Positions 1-13,199 are shown, counted from the first letter of the stretch. The stretch: DNA of 64,000 nucleotides from Convolutriloba macropyga (GCF_964194025.1 NC_134473.1:61690001-61754000), one strand, 5' to 3'. The notes: a model not told the origin generated them from the sequence alone. Program-made: numbers and translations.

Positions 1-731
1 GGCTGGCTTCGTAATCTGGAGGCTAGCTTTAGGTATGGACCGCGCGCAGGATTAAGGGTGAAGGGGTGGGATGGGGGGGGGGGGGTAATTAAGTGCGGGG
101 AATTATCTTTTTTAAACAAATTAAGTTTCGGTGAATCGCTTACTTAGTGACTAGTGAGCCGCCAGGCTCTAAGAGAAATTAATGCATGCCCTCCGGACTT
201 TAAACGTTTATCCGGTTCCTGAAGTCAATGGTCAGACGAAAAAACCGATCAGACTAGTGTGAAACACCGCATTAAAAAGACTAGCAGGACTAATATAATT
301 GCTCACAAATTTCGTTTGAGAGCAATTGGTAAAGATGAAAAACGAACGTCTGGGCAGCAAGGAGGTCCAACAATAATATATTTGCTCTTCAAACCTTCAG
401 TGTCTCCTTTGCGTTTCGATGAATCGTATAATCAGCCTGGTTAGGCTCTTACAGAACAGCTCTGCAACTTAAAATCCGTTTTATTCCATATATCAAAAGG
501 AAAAACCACAATAATTGCTAATCAGGAGAAAAAACTAAAACAATCAATCAGACGAAAAATCAAAGCTGACAAAATAATATAAAAGGAGCTCTGAACTACA
601 AGAAACTTGTGTTTGTTTTCAGCTACAACATTATGCTGCCAAACAAAACAGACAAATTGACAGCTAGACAAAAATTCGTAACCCCTTAGGGGCTAAGTTT
701 GAGGCAAAGTCTAAACCAAATTATAAAAAAA

Positions 732-1231
732 AACATAGCCGGCAAATTGCCGGAAAACAGCCGCCGTTGACGCGCTTGATGCACATCGGGATTGAAACAG
801 AGAAAAAAAGACAAATTGACTGATTTCTTCTGTTTTTTTTTTAGTGTCAAAAGGTGTTCTAATTTGGAGTGCAGTTTCAGTTAATTCTCAAATTATATTT
901 AATTCAGCTTCTAAACTGAAAACTAATAAGCTTAATAATTATGTCAGCTAGCAATCGCTCTAATGAACTTTGATAACCTAATGCACTATGACTTAATGAC
1001 AGAGCTTTGTACGTTTATCGCGTTTCTTTTGATTTATTTTGACTTATTCACTACATTGCGTACTTCAAGGCGTAAAAAAATTCAAAAATCCATTCAATTA
1101 AACAGTAAGTCAGAACGCAAACGTGCAAATCATGACTTATGTAAAACGAAAAACGTGGTCAAAAGGTAAAGGGAATAAAAAAAGGAGAGCGCCAATATAA
1201 TAGGCGCTGACGGGCAGACGGTGGCTATTAA
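732..1231 (-). mobile_element. HINE family A (subfamily A1), non-autonomous Helentron-like
   Basis: 5' TTAATAGCC stem; 3' subTIR + CCGGCAATTTGCCGG hairpin + CTATGTT; sits in an A/T run with no TSD. Confidence 0.8.
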
Positions 1232-1319
1232 AAAACGAACACTAACTTTAAGATTTTATGTTAATACCCAAAACTAAGATTTACCTGCGAAAGCAGGCTA
1301 TTAAACAGAAAATAACTAA

Positions 1320-3615
1320 AACAAATCCAGCAAAATGCCAGAAAATAGCCAACATTGACCAGCTTAACGCACATCGGCATTGAAACAGAAGAGAAACAAG
1401 CAGATAAAAATAAACAGAATTACTCTATACTGAAGGCCATGAAGCTTAATACGCATACCAGCTAGTTACCGCTTGAACGAACTTTGATAACCTAATGCAG
1501 GACTTTATCTCCTAATGCATTAGAGCCGAGTTTATCGGGTTATCCGGTCTTTTTTGATTTTGCTCTTTTGACCCTGACATTAATCAATACATTCTGTTAT
1601 TCAAAAAGTGGAATATTTTAAAATCTATCCTGATAAAAGAAGGAGCGAATTAATGCAGTTATGTGACTCATGCAAAACGAAAAACGAGATCAAAAGATAA
1701 AGAAGTTAAAAAACATAGCAGGACAATTCCTGACGTACAACTCAAAGAATTTTCATTGACTAAGCAAAAAACTAGACCTAGGACAGCTAATAATTGAATT
1801 GGGAAAACCATTTCAAGAAACAGCAGATCAAAAAACATAGCCGGCAGATTGCCGGAAAATAGCTGCGATAGACGCTTGGGGCCTTCAATGAATTGAAACA
1901 ACTAAAGAGGTTAGATAGACAGATCGACCACCAGTCCTTTAATAGACCACTTGACTTTTTGGGTTAGCTTTGGACTGTCACTTTTATGACTAGACTGACA
2001 CATAAGCTCTATAAGGAGAAAGCCCCAATAGGGCTTTTCAAAACTAGGATTTTTTCAGTTTGTGCCCCCTCAGCTTAGGGGGCGCAAATTATTTGCACCC
2101 CTCAGATGCACGTGCAATATTTTTTACACAAGGACTTACTATGTAATGGCACGTCCTCTGTAACTGGGGGCGCATAACGTATTGGGGGCACAAACGGAGA
2201 AGATCCCAAAATTAAAATTCGAAATCAAAAACTCAAGACTCTAATAATCAAGAATTAGGGCATATATGTGTGGCACTACTTAGATGCACACTATTGATTT
2301 TTAATAAGTGAATGTTCATAAAGTTTAAAGTTCCATAAGTGAGTTCAGAAGTCATTTTTTTGAGTGAGGTAAGTCATTGAAAAAGTCAATTCCAAGAAGT
2401 CGGGGTAAGACAAAACAAAAATCTGTTAGACAAAGTAAAAAAAATAGGAGCGCTATAATAGCCGCCTGGAATTGAGGACGCGGCTTTTAAAAAATACAAG
2501 TCAATTTCAAAGTGAGGAAGTCATTTTTGTGAGTGAGGTCAGTCAAGTGTGACCAAAAATTTAACCACGCAAATGAACAAAAAACTAGCTCCACTAAGAG
2601 CGAAAAATGACGTCACGCACGAACTTCAGTTGAAATTGCATAAACGAATGAAAAAAGAGCAGATTGCGAACAAAAATTGCGACGACGAAATAAAAAATAC
2701 CAAGAGAAGGCCAATAATAGCCCCAGCTCTTGCTGTGCGGCTATTAGTAAAAATAAAAATCAAAGTCAAAAGGGCGCATGTGAACAAAAAACCACTAGCG
2801 AGAAAGGGAAATTCCGTTCAAACAAAAACTAGGCCTAGAATGACCTATGCATGGATTGGGAAAAACATTTAGAAAAAAAATCCGATCCAAAACATCGAAA
2901 AAACAGTAAAAATCAAAGTGAAATTGCGGCATGTGAACAAAAAACCACTAGCGAGAAAGCGAATTTTTGTTCAAACACCGTTTTCTCAATCTACGTTAAA
3001 ATTAGAGTGAAAAAATTCATGTGGCATAACCACTCGCTGCTTCGGCGTGACCAAAAACACTACTTTAATTTGACTTCAAAAATGAAAATGTGTGAACAGA
3101 TCTTAAAAAAAGACAGCGCCCCACTACAATTCAAATTCTTTGAATTGTAACATAAAGATGGGTCCTGAAAAGATTCAAGTAATTTTCGTTGACAAAACCG
3201 AACAACTAGACCCTGAATTGACTTCCAAACTACTCTGAAAACCATTCACCAAAAAATTCCGATAAAAAACTAAAAAACAGTAAAAATAGTGACATTGCCC
3301 CGTGTGATAAAAAATTGCTCTCAAAAATTCAAAAAGTTCAAATACCGTTTTCTTACTCCACTTTAGAATTAGATTTTGGGAAAATTATACGCCGCAAAAC
3401 CACTCGCTTTTTCGCTCATTTTCCTGCTTTGGTTCGTAAAAAACAGTGCCACAGTACAATTCAAATTCTTTGAATTGTAAAAAAACCAAGAGAAGGCCAA
3501 TAATAGCCTCGGATAATGCTTTGAGGCTATTAAAAATAGCTGATAATTGACATCAAAAGCGCCACCAAGGAGAACATCGAAATAATAGCCGTTGAGAGGC
3601 TGACGGCGGCAATTC
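1320..3615 (-). mobile_element. Nested HINE cluster (A1 containing E, which contains further A copies and a MITE)
   Basis: 3' hairpin ends at about 1322, 1712, 1833 and 3149; 5' stems at about 2490, 2748, 3150, 3480, 3533 and 3615. Confidence 0.7.
2047..2206. mobile_element. GG..CC MITE with 8-bp TSD (Merlin-like)
   Basis: TIR GGAT..TTC.GTTTGTGCCCCC / GGGGGCACAAACGGAGAAGATCC; TSD CAAAACTA/CAAAATTA. Confidence 0.75.
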
Positions 3616-3618
3616 AAA

Positions 3619-4758
3619 AACATACCCGGCCGATTGCCGGAAAATAGCCGCTGTTGATTCCCATAACTCTATTAGTAGTATAAGACTTCAATTACCTTCT
3701 GAGGGTATAAACAACGATGATGATACAAATGGTATCACAAAGATAAAAAATGATATAAACTATGTAACAGCTAGAAAAACATTGATTGAACAGAAAGTAA
3801 TGCTATACAGAAACTAATCTACACCTAAGGTACCACGTGCAAGATAAGTCAAAATCATATTTATTATTTCTCATTGCCATTAGTAGATTTTGAGTTGCGG
3901 TTTTGGATTTGCAAGTATCCTTGAAAAAACTGAGTAAATACGCGGCGTCATTTATAATACGTTCAACTATGAAGCAAAAAGATTTTTCTGTACATCTTTT
4001 CTTAGCTCGTGTGAGTGCCAGACGTTCATGATCAAGAGTTCGTAGGTTTCAGAACTTTAAGTCCAATTTGAAAAATTTGTCAAAAGATATGCTATTCTCG
4101 TTGTTTAAGATTGTCGTAAAAACAAGTATGTCACTCTCGATGAGTTGATAGCATATTGGAAGGGAGTTGGATAATTTTAGCAGGGAGGAGCAGTCACTGT
4201 AACCGGAGCACCAACGCAGGCCACGGATATTGAGCTGTTCTAATTTCCGTATATCAGAAATTTCAGGAAACGAAGCAGCGTATCCTTATGAAAGAAAAGA
4301 AAAATCAACAAAAATTGATTTTCGTATAAACACATTTTTAAGTACGATTTATTTTGATGTCATTTCGTAATTGACCATACTTCTGTCTCTCAGTGAGAGG
4401 CTATAGGGTCTAGTATCAATTCCAATAAGCATTATAGATTGTAACTAAAACTTATGAGAAGAAAGTTCAAGTACCGGGCATCTAAATTTGGGCTTTATGG
4501 GTTTATCCCGTTTCTATTTCTGACTTTGATTTTTTTATACTGACTCTCTTCATTTTGAATTGCTTTGGTTAGCAGCTGCTGTTTAAAAGGACGTTGAGCA
4601 AAATGACAGAAGAGTGAAACTAGGCTAGAGAAGTCAAAAAGATTTAAAGCAAAATGTCGAAAAAGCGGCAAAATGGATAAAGCGAAAAAAAGTTCGACGA
4701 AGTAAAAAAAAATAGGAGCGCTATAATAGCCGGCTGAGAAGATGAGGGCGTCTATCAA
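3619..4758 (-). mobile_element. HINE-A3 interrupted by a LINE fragment
   Basis: Matches 30146-30672 on both sides of the insertion. Confidence 0.75.
3840..4284 (-). mobile_element. LINE ORF2 3' fragment inserted within a HINE-A copy
   Basis: Minus frame IRKLEQLNIRGLRWC...LPICYQLIESDILVF resembles the LEKLQRK..RWI...LP....DLL tail of the other LINEs in this window. Confidence 0.6.
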
Positions 4759-4988
4759 TAACCGAGCTCGGTAGGTGCTAGCTTAAGTTGAGGCAGCGTA
4801 TTTTTAAATGCGCCTACACAGCAGAGTTCAGGGGGAGCGGAGTAAAGGGTTGAATGTGTGTTTTTGTCCTTCACACCATGAATTTAAGTCTACTCAGTTT
4901 CGGTGAATCGCATATTTTAAAACTATTAAGGCTCGTAGAGATTTGTTCAGCAATTGGATACCCTCGCGCTTCACCAATTTATTACGTT

Positions 4989-5202
4989 TTTACGTTCGCT
5001 ATAGCTGTTTACTACGTAAATAAAGGATTGAATTAAATATTGAAATGAATGGCTTGTGAATCAAGAGAAATTAGTAGGTAAACAAAGCGAGTGAATTTTA
5101 AGCGGGAAATTTTGCGTGTGTTTACACAATTGAACAAAAATCAGCCATAGCGAGTAACATCAAAAGTCATTACATGCGTTGAGTAATTTATATGTTTATA
5201 CA
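4989..5202 (-). repeat. 3' LTR of BEL/Pao element
   Basis: Copy of 7459-7672 with about 6 substitutions. Confidence 0.93.
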
Positions 5203-5495
5203 TTGCCGCCCCCGTTGATGTATGGCATCAAAAAATATAAATGAAAAATTACTTCAGATCATATTTCAGCTTTTGATAGCATCAACCGCTATTCAACCTT
5301 ATAATACAAGAAGAGTCATATTTTGACCAAGTTTAGGTCTTGTGCAGTGAGGCTTGTGAGAATCCAATTTCCAGTGGTCAAGGCTTCTCGTGTCCGGGTA
5401 CAAAGGTACCGAAAGTGTGCTCGTGGGAAGGACGGCAGGCGGGATCGAGTTGGCTCCTTTCTGCAGGACCATTTTCCACAGCTTCTGGATTGAGG

Positions 5496-6796
5496 TTAGC
5501 GTGTGTTGATTGGTATCTTTCTGAGTTTTACTATGGGTCTTTTTGAGAATTTGCCATTTCCTGTTTTTATTTTGGCTACTCTGACCAAATTGTAATTTCC
5601 TGTATATGTTTCATGCACAATTCCCAGAGGCCATGATAAGCGAGGACTGTTGTCATCTGTGATGTACACTAAATCTTTCGTCAGGTTCTGCTTTTCGGCC
5701 ATGTTCTTTGACCTGGTCTGCAACTGGGATAAATATTCAGTTGTCCATTTCTTCCAAAATTCTGCTACGAGTTTTTGCAAGTATTGAAAGCGCTTTTTTG
5801 GATCTTCCTCATCTTTTGTTTTTGGGATTGGGGAAACAACCAAAGGCAATTGATGATTATGAAAGCCGGTTAATAGCATAGCAGGGTTTAAGGGATAACT
5901 GTCTTTCGCATCATCTGAGACAACTGTGAGCGGTCTCGAGTTAAGTACAGCTTCGACTTGGCATAGCATTGTACATACTTCATCCAAATCGAGATTAGCT
6001 GTTGTTCCGATTGTTTTGAACAGCAGTAATTTCATCGATTTGACTCCTGCTTCCCATAGTCCACCAAAATGTGAAGCTTTGGCTGGAATTGTTGACCAGT
6101 TGATGCCTAAATCAAGAACAGCTTGAGGTAAACAATCAGTTCCATATTTCTCTTTAAGTATCCTTTTGAGTTTTATGAGATCATTCAATGATCCTATAAA
6201 GTTTGTACCATTGTCCGAAAATATGTGAGCTGGGGATCCTCGTCGAGAAATGAACCCTCTGATAGCTTTCATGCACTCCTGTGTATCAATGTTTTAGTGA
6301 CATCCAAATGAATGGCTTTTGTAACGAAGCATACGAAAACTACCAAATAACATTTGCCTTAAGTCTTGCCACATCTGTAAGGCATTGGACCAGCGAAGTC
6401 TATGCCCACGTTACCGAACGGTGCAGCTGGGTTGACTCGTTCTTGTGGTAGGTCGCCTAGGAGTTGAGAAAGGTTTCGGCCATTAAACCGAAAACATGTG
6501 ATGCAGTTTCCAACTATATGCCTTGTCAGCGTTTTCACTCGGATTATCCAGAACTTCTGACGCGTATGAAGAACTGTTGCGTTTACGCCTGAATGCAACA
6601 CTCGTTGATGACTGTCAAGTACGATTAACCTCGAAAGATGATTTTTGTAAGGCAAAATTGATTGAAATTTGGCAGATTCATTCAAGCAATCTGCTGCTAC
6701 TAGACGTCCACCAACCTTTAAAACTCTTTCCTCATCTATGAAGGGATACAGTTGAAGGATTCCCGATTTTCGGCTTATGCTTTGGTTTTTCTGCAA
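5496..6796 (-). pseudogene. BEL/Pao integrase (HHCC zinc finger, DDE core, DUF5641-like tail), frameshifted
   Basis: H-x3-LH-SG...C-x2-C, GIDFAGP, SDNGTNF and FWKKW..EYL motifs split over two ORFs. Confidence 0.92.
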
Positions 6797-6993
6797 TTTG
6801 TCTATTTCACGAATGCTTGTCGCTTGAATTCTTTTCTCTCGATTGGCTTTTTAAGCAAAATGTAAGCAAACTTTAGAACTTGCTTTGCTACTCTTATTGC
6901 TTTGTCGAGACTTCCGTAACGATTAATAGGGAATAATTGGTCGATTTGGTGATTCGACTGCTCTATGTTTTGATCATTGAGAGGGTCGTTTGA

Positions 6994-7437
6994 TCATTGA
7001 TCGATAAATGCCATCCAGTCAGTGAATTTGCAATCGAATTTGGGTAGCTGTATCTGTGGTAGCTTTGCAACATGCGGCTGGTGCTGTGTTGCATCTCCGA
7101 AAGACGTATTCATAGTCACGTATTCGTCCACCTTTTCCAGTTCAAATTTGTCTAGGGCTTTTCCCAGTTGAAATAGCTTCTTGTGGACTAGTGTGTGCTT
7201 GTCTTGAACCAGATCGAATTCTGTATCGTACTGATCATCCTGAACTGTTTCCGAATAGGATTCGTCTTGCTGCTGTTGAATTTTGAAGCATTCAGTAGCT
7301 TCGGAGAGGGCCAATCTGAACTCGTCTTCGTTAAATGGCTGGCTAAGTCTATCCCATTCATCAAAGATCTTGTTGAGCTGTCGTGAATTGGCACGCCTCC
7401 TTCTGGAACGTGTCTCTGTAGACGCTGCTTGGCTCAT
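6994..7437 (-). pseudogene. BEL/Pao gag N-terminal fragment (start of DUF1759-like domain)
   Basis: ORF begins just inside the 5' LTR; KLPQIQLPKFD..TDW..F motif; truncated by the deletion. Confidence 0.85.
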
Positions 7438-7458
7438 TTTGTCGGCGGTCCAGAATAA

Positions 7459-7672
7459 TGTACGTTCGCGATAGCTGTTTACTATGTAAATAAAGGATTG
7501 AATTAAATATTGAATTGAATGGCTTGTGAATCAAGAGAAATTAGTAGCTAAACAAAGCGAGTGAATTTTAAGCGGGAAATTTTGCGTGTGTTTACACAAT
7601 TGAACAAAAATCAGCCATAGCGAGTAACATCAAAAGTCATTACATGCATTGAGTAATTTATATGTTTATACA
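7459..7672 (-). repeat. 5' LTR of BEL/Pao element (TG...CA)
   Basis: TG/CA termini; direct repeat of 4989-5202. Confidence 0.93.
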
Positions 7673-7794
7673 ACGTTTCTCAAGGCAAAAAGGAACGATA
7701 ATTTGTTGGTCATAAGAAAAATCTGTGGTGGGAAAAATTGCATAAAAAGACCTACAGAACTAACATAATTGCGATAAACTTTGTTTCAAATCAA

Positions 7795-7983
7795 TTAAAC
7801 ATGAATTAATAAAACTAACAGTTCAGAGTTGAAATGGGTGAGAGATTCTTGTTTGGCTAAGGCGGGCATCATTGTAGAAGCTGTCCTGATGGCTCTCTGG
7901 GAACTGACACTGCCCCCTCCACTGGTCTTATTGGATCTAGGAGTGCTCGTGCTTAATGTTGTTGAATTCGCCTCAAAGTCCAC
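7795..7983 (-). CDS. PIP5K1: PIP5K1 last recognised exon (VDFEANSTT...); ends at the stop at 7795 or splices at a gttagt donor after 7820
   Basis: tttaag acceptor in phase 0; Ser/Thr-rich open frame. Confidence 0.72.
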   Translation of the reverse strand: MDFEANSTTLSTSTPRSNKTSGGGSVSSQRAIRTASTMMPALAKQESLTHFNSELLVLLIHV

Positions 7984-8362
7984 CTTAAAGATTATTTCGA
8001 GGTTGGTCAGTTATAACTAGCTATAAAGGCATTTCTACATCAGCTACTGACGACATTGATAAAAACTATATTAAAACTAATCTCCATTTTGGAAAAGGTA
8101 CAAGCTCCAGCATTATTAAACTGGTCATGTTCAATATTTTGAACAAATGAGTGCCTGCTCATGACATAGTTACAAGTTTTACTCCTCATGAATCGTCAAC
8201 TGAAACCAGTTTACAAGCTTTTCTCCACTAATACTTTTTTTGCTTCTGTGCGCTGCTTTACAGATGGCTTTACATTGAGAACTTCCCATTAAACAAGCAT
8301 ATTTATACAGATTAAACTTTGTTAGGGTCGGCTTCCCCTCAAAATTAAGAACGCCTATTCAC

Positions 8363-8657
8363 CTGGTCACTCAACGGCCGGTTGGTTCGGGGAGTTGTAT
8401 GCCCAACGTTTGTTTGATATTGTGCCTGGTGGTGACCTAGAGTGGAGGGGCGTGAGAAATGAGAGGTTGTGGTGTGGTTAGTTTCTGCTGGTATGGTGCT
8501 GATGCTATCATTCATTGTATTGTTCGCACTGCTCTCTCCGCTATTGTAGGCGCTCGATGCACTGTTGTCCAGCTGCTGCTGAGTAGCAAACCTGTTGCCG
8601 CTGGCAGAACCCGATAATTTACTATTTGACATTTTCGGGGTGACCTCCACGTGGTGC
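8363..8657 (-). CDS. PIP5K1: PIP5K1 C-terminal low-complexity exon (HHVEVTPK...LSDQ)
   Basis: ttttttag/gtgaat; phase 2 to 0; open 98-codon frame. Confidence 0.82.
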
Positions 8658-8757
8658 CTAAAAAATGATCCTTTGCAGATCTTATAAAACTCATGTTTCA
8701 CTTTTTAATGTTCCTTGTAGTTTAAACGTATGACTATTTAATTGTCGCGAATTAAAA

Positions 8758-8937
8758 GGATCGTTTCCGTTTGCCCCCCCCCCCCCATCCAATACGTTAT
8801 GCACCCCCCACAGAGCACGATCCATACATAATAAATCATTATGTAAAAATATGGCACGTGCATCAAGGGGGTGCAAATCATACGCACCCACTAAGCTGGG
8901 AGAGAGAGAGAGGGGGGGACTTAAACTGAAAATGTCC
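8758..8937. mobile_element. Merlin-like MITE copy
   Basis: GGATC..TCCGTTTG(C)n TIR and shared GCACGTGCA core; TSD not clear. Confidence 0.65.
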
Positions 8938-9271
8938 AAAAAAGTATACGCCTGTTCTTCAGTATTTGAACAAAAAAAAACGACTGCCGTTAAACACAGA
9001 TCCAGTAAATAAGATTATAAAGAGCTTGGAATGTTATTGCAGCTGTAGCACCTAGAATTAATAAGTTAGCGGTCAATGATAATAGTAATTAATATAATTT
9101 GAAGATAATCATCAAATCTGAAAACATCATACATTATTTTCACTGTCACGCACACGCGCGCGTTTCTGCGCATAATTTGGGCAAAACTTTAAGGTTGAAA
9201 GGCTCACGGGAGATCAAAACAAAATAGATGCCTATTGCTTTGAAGCGTTGAGATCAGTGAAAAAAGCTTAC

Positions 9272-9470
9272 TGGCGTTGCTGACTGCCCGAGAAATGCGT
9301 GGAACTGGTAGGTCTGGATCCAGTGGACACTGCACTACTTCGTGAGTCTATGGGGTTGGTAGTAGTAATTGGACTAGTGGCATCAGATTGGAATCCAGAC
9401 GACGAACTGTGAAACACTGACTTGCCAGTCTGCTGATTGCCACGGATACTTCCCCCTCCGTTTGCCGTGA
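9272..9470 (-). CDS. PIP5K1: PIP5K1 C-terminal Ser/Thr-rich exon
   Basis: tttcag/gtaagc; phase 1 to 2 fits; open frame VTANGGGS...QQRQ. Confidence 0.82.
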
Positions 9471-10162
9471 CTGAAACGAAAATCACTTTTCAACAGAATT
9501 TTATTGACATTCAAGTAAATATTCAGATTCATAGGTACTACAACAATCTGTCGCCATAAAAACGTTTGCGATTCCGTTCAATAATGGCGACAAACAACAC
9601 CTTTTTTATTTATCTTTAGAACAGGAATAGAGGAAAGAAGTTTCAGCGATTTCCTCATCAGAACGCAATTAACGCTGTGAAATGAAACCTCGTCTCATAA
9701 TCATTAACCATTAAACATTGATCATCATTGCCCTAGATTGCCGTGGACTACACGTTGTCAAGAACAAATACTCTGTTGCAAAATACTCAGACTTGAGGAA
9801 ATTTTTTATCCTATAATTCAAACTATCAGAATTCAAACTAACAGAAAGACTGTTTAGCGTAACCAAAATAATCGCCACGAGCATTTCAGCGTCTTGGAAT
9901 ATGATATGAAACCATCAATCGAATTAGCTAAAACAAACCCACAAACATTGGGTGAATTGCTCTTGAACGACAGGTGGCGCAATTTACTTTAGAGGGGCTG
10001 TAGCTTAGAATTGTTCTACGGTCGCAAAAAATTGAACCTACAGGTGTTCGAACCACTAACCTCCACGTCGGCAACCAGACACTCAGCGACAATGGCTTTG
10101 AGTTCCCTTCGCTCAAAATGAATTTTAGCGACGAACTTGACTTCAAAACGAGAGCAACTTAT

Positions 10163-10571
10163 AACATAACCGACTAATTATCGGAAGAATTGCTCTCGAA
10201 CGACTATTGGGAGCTCTAATTAATTGTAGCCTGCTTCAGTCGGTGGAGGGGGGAGCTTAAATGGGACTAAGAAGTTCAATACTGGGCTTCAACTAACCAC
10301 ATTAGAGGTTAACATATACCACTATTAAAATTCAAAGCGAAAAATGGCACCAGTTTCGGCGCACTTTTCATTTGACTTTTAGTATTAAATTGCCGCCAAT
10401 TGATTTCAGCTGCTTGAAATTGTGATTGAGAGAGAATTTTAGATCATGCGAAACGCAAGAAGTCAAGGGCGTAAAAGTCACTCGAAAAGTCAAAACTGTC
10501 AAGCGAAAAATTTGCATAAAAAAGACACACGTTTACAATAATTGCTATGAACTTCGTTCAAGAGCAACTAA
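10163..10571 (-). mobile_element. HINE family B (AATTGCTC subTIR)
   Basis: 3' GAGCAATT + CCGA..TCGG hairpin + TTATGTT; homologous copies at 16421, 32755 and 52834. Confidence 0.78.
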
Positions 10572-11783
10572 TCACCCAAAAATGAAAAACTAAAGTGTGA
10601 AAAAGTTACTCAAGAAGTCAGAGAATATTCTAGGACAAACGCAAGTCAAACATGAAAATCGTGACTTATGTGAAACCAATTAAAAGGTAAAGCGAATTAA
10701 AAAAGAGGACTGCGCCTAAATAATTGACGGCTTAGCTATTAATTTGTAGTTATTAATTTGGGGGTAGGCAGAGGGAGGGTGAGGTGTAGGTGGGCCCTCC
10801 TCGAGGGGGAGGTAGGCAGGGGAAGGGGTTAGGTAGGTAGGGGAGACGTGGGGTAGGTAGGGGGTTTGGTAGGTATGTGTGGGGGGTGTCTGTAACTTAG
10901 ATAAGAAGGGAGACTTATGGGATCAAAAATTCTCAAAATGACCTTTTCACCTTGAATATTACCAGCAGTTCCCAATTACTTTACAAAAAAAACAGCTACT
11001 GTTAAAGTCCAATGTTCAAAAACAGAAATAAAAGTTCCAAAACGGAGGTAAGTGGTCAAATAGAAAGAAGTCAAAATTGCAGTCATGAACTGACTTGCTA
11101 CAGCTTAAAAAATTTTGTGGAATACCAATGCTCCTCTTAGAGTCGTAAAAACCAACACGTTAACAATAATTGCTTCATACTTCCATCAAGATCAATTAAA
11201 CATGCGTGTATCGAACGTCAATATCAAAGTCAACAAACCTTTTCATTGAGTTTTTCCGCATTGGGTATTTCGGTATTGGTTAAATATTGTTTAGTCCTAC
11301 TGCATGCGAGGAGTTGGAACAACATGCAATACGAATGGACACCCCCAAGCGCAAAAGCTCTTTTGTTTTACATAATTTTTGTTAATTTTTATAACAATTA
11401 ATTTTTGTTAACAGTATGTGTTATTGCTGTTTTGCAGAAAATTGTTTTGGCGTCCAAACAGCACCGCCACTGCCTTTGCAAACTCCTGGATAATCTGGTT
11501 TTTCGAAAGGTATGTGGACAATTTTGCTCATCCTGTTCAAGTGATGGATACCAAGAACATAGCCGGCAGATTGCCGACAACAGCCACCGTTGACCCGCTT
11601 GACGCATATGGGGATTAAAACAGAAAAAGTTTGTGGATTTTGCTTATACGTGACGGCTCATCAAATGACGGATTCCAAGATCATGTACGTCTGTTAATTA
11701 ATTCAGAATTAGTCAAATCTAAAAGGTGCTAGAATAATTCGCGATTTTAAACTGATAGCAACACTTAATAGTGAGTTGAGTAC

Positions 11784-12034
11784 CTGTTGGCGCAGCTAGA
11801 GTTGTGCCGTGATGAGTGTGAAATTGGGATGATTGTTGGGATTGCTGGTGGTGATAATAAGAGGACAATGAGCCCTGATGGTATCCAGGTGGGTATGCTC
11901 CCTCCTTGAATACAACAGTCTTCATGAAGTTCATGAATCTTCTTTGGAACTTGGTAGGATGAGTGACAGACACTTCACTGTCCTGACTCTCCAGAAACAC
12001 TGCCTTCACTCTGTGCTCTAGCTTCTTCTTCAAC
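11784..12034 (-). CDS. PIP5K1: PIP5K1 exon: activation loop LKKKLEHRVKAVF...VSVTHPTKFQRRFMNFM..VFK plus start of C-tail
   Basis: KKLEH (type I Glu) and VSV..P..RF..FM motifs; tag/gtactc. Confidence 0.93.
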
Positions 12035-12258
12035 CTATGTGATAAAATATCAAGTCAAATCAAACCTGTCGCCACTCAGTACAAGTTCAGAAGATCTTTA
12101 CAAAAATTGCATAAAGACCAAACAGAAATTTGAGAGCAATTAATCGATTGGCTCTACATCACTTTGCAGCAATTAATCACGTACTTGTTCACACACCCAC
12201 CATGTGCTAAAATCGAGATAAAATTACTGATTATGTTTATAAAAAGAAAAATTCTTAC

Positions 12259-12348
12259 ACGTATTTCTGAAGTATGTCAATGATTCCCACGTACAACCGC
12301 AGCTCCTCCCCGTTCTCGGTTTTTGCTGGAATGCCTTTCTGGTGTCCT
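12259..12348 (-). CDS. PIP5K1: PIP5K1 exon: GHQKGIPAKTENGEELRLYVGIIDILQKY(V)
   Basis: GIPA...GE.L.LY.GIIDILQ.Y motif; cag/gtaaga. Confidence 0.96.
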
Positions 12349-13113
12349 CTGAAAACAAGTTCAATTCTTTATACCAAAATTTGAAGACTATCACTCCGTC
12401 CGATCATGACCATAATGTAATAGATTATAGCATAGAAGTGTTAATTGCTCCTTAAGGGTCCCCCCTTCTCATAAACTTTCCTCATTCCAATTTACTTCAC
12501 ATGTCTAAACTCCAGTTTTTTGGAGGAACCATTTCACTGTTTTGTTTCTATCGACTTTGAACAGCAAACTCTCTCATTCACTGCAATACACAATATTGCT
12601 GCTGCTGAAGTACATTGTTTGTCCGATCAGAGGTTGAAATAAAAAGAAAATCAAAAAAGTTCAAATCGATATTCAAAATAAAATTACGATTTTCCACTAT
12701 CATTTGATGGTTGGGGACAAGGTGTTGCGGACCTCAGGTATCGTTGCCTATCATCTCCGGTCTCTTAACATTGTATGAGGTACTTTATTACCAAAATTTA
12801 TGTAGTTTACCTGAGGAATAAATTTTCTGATTGTGGGTTGCACCATGCCTTTTTAATGTATTACATCACAATAGATCTATCTATCTTGTACGGTATTGCA
12901 CAGCAAAACAAACTCAACTATTATCAGCTGCTCACTATTGACTCACAAGAAAAAAGTATTTTTGAGGGTATTGTGACTTCTATCATGCTATACTCTCATA
13001 TTGCTCCTGAAGAGATATTCAAAATCGAGATTTAAACTCCTTTTAAACAACTTCTTTTTAAACTGACGCCACTACTTGGGTAATCTTCAAAAGCAGCATT
13101 TAGGCTGACTTAC

Positions 13114-13199
13114 AAGACGGGGAGGTTAAGAATCTGGCTATACTGGTAGAAAGTGGGAACCTTGTCCTTTTCCGGCCTCAAGGTCGCTGTCCGCAGTTT
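13114..13199 (-). CDS. PIP5K1: PIP5K1 exon (kinase insert): KLRTATLRPEKDKVPTFYQYSQILNLPV(L)
   Basis: tttag/gtaagt; phase 0 to 2 is required to join the flanking exons. Confidence 0.8.

Larger units (their letters stand above)
4989..7672 (-). mobile_element. BEL/Pao LTR retrotransposon, internally deleted (gag N-terminus + integrase; no protease/RT)
   Basis: 214-bp direct LTRs; ACGTT TSD at 4984-4988 and 7673-7677; PPT-like GGGGGCGGCAA next to the 3' LTR; LPQIQLPKFD gag motif; integrase GIDFAGP, SDNGTNF, GGLWEAGVKSMK, LNSRPL. Confidence 0.95.

Noticed and set aside
2549-3150. Lys-rich ORFs with a similar ORF at 20737-21051
   Set aside because: Chance frames in A-rich HINE-A2/E sequence; the frames are not preserved among copies.
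4200-4284. Possible terminal PIP5K1 exon after the 7820 donor
   Set aside because: The sequence is better explained as a LINE ORF2 3' fragment, and the in-phase frame stops after a few codons.
12451-12769. TTAA-flanked element (Kolobok/piggyBac-like)
   Set aside because: Only about 8 of 10 terminal bases match as an inverted repeat and there is no second copy in the window.
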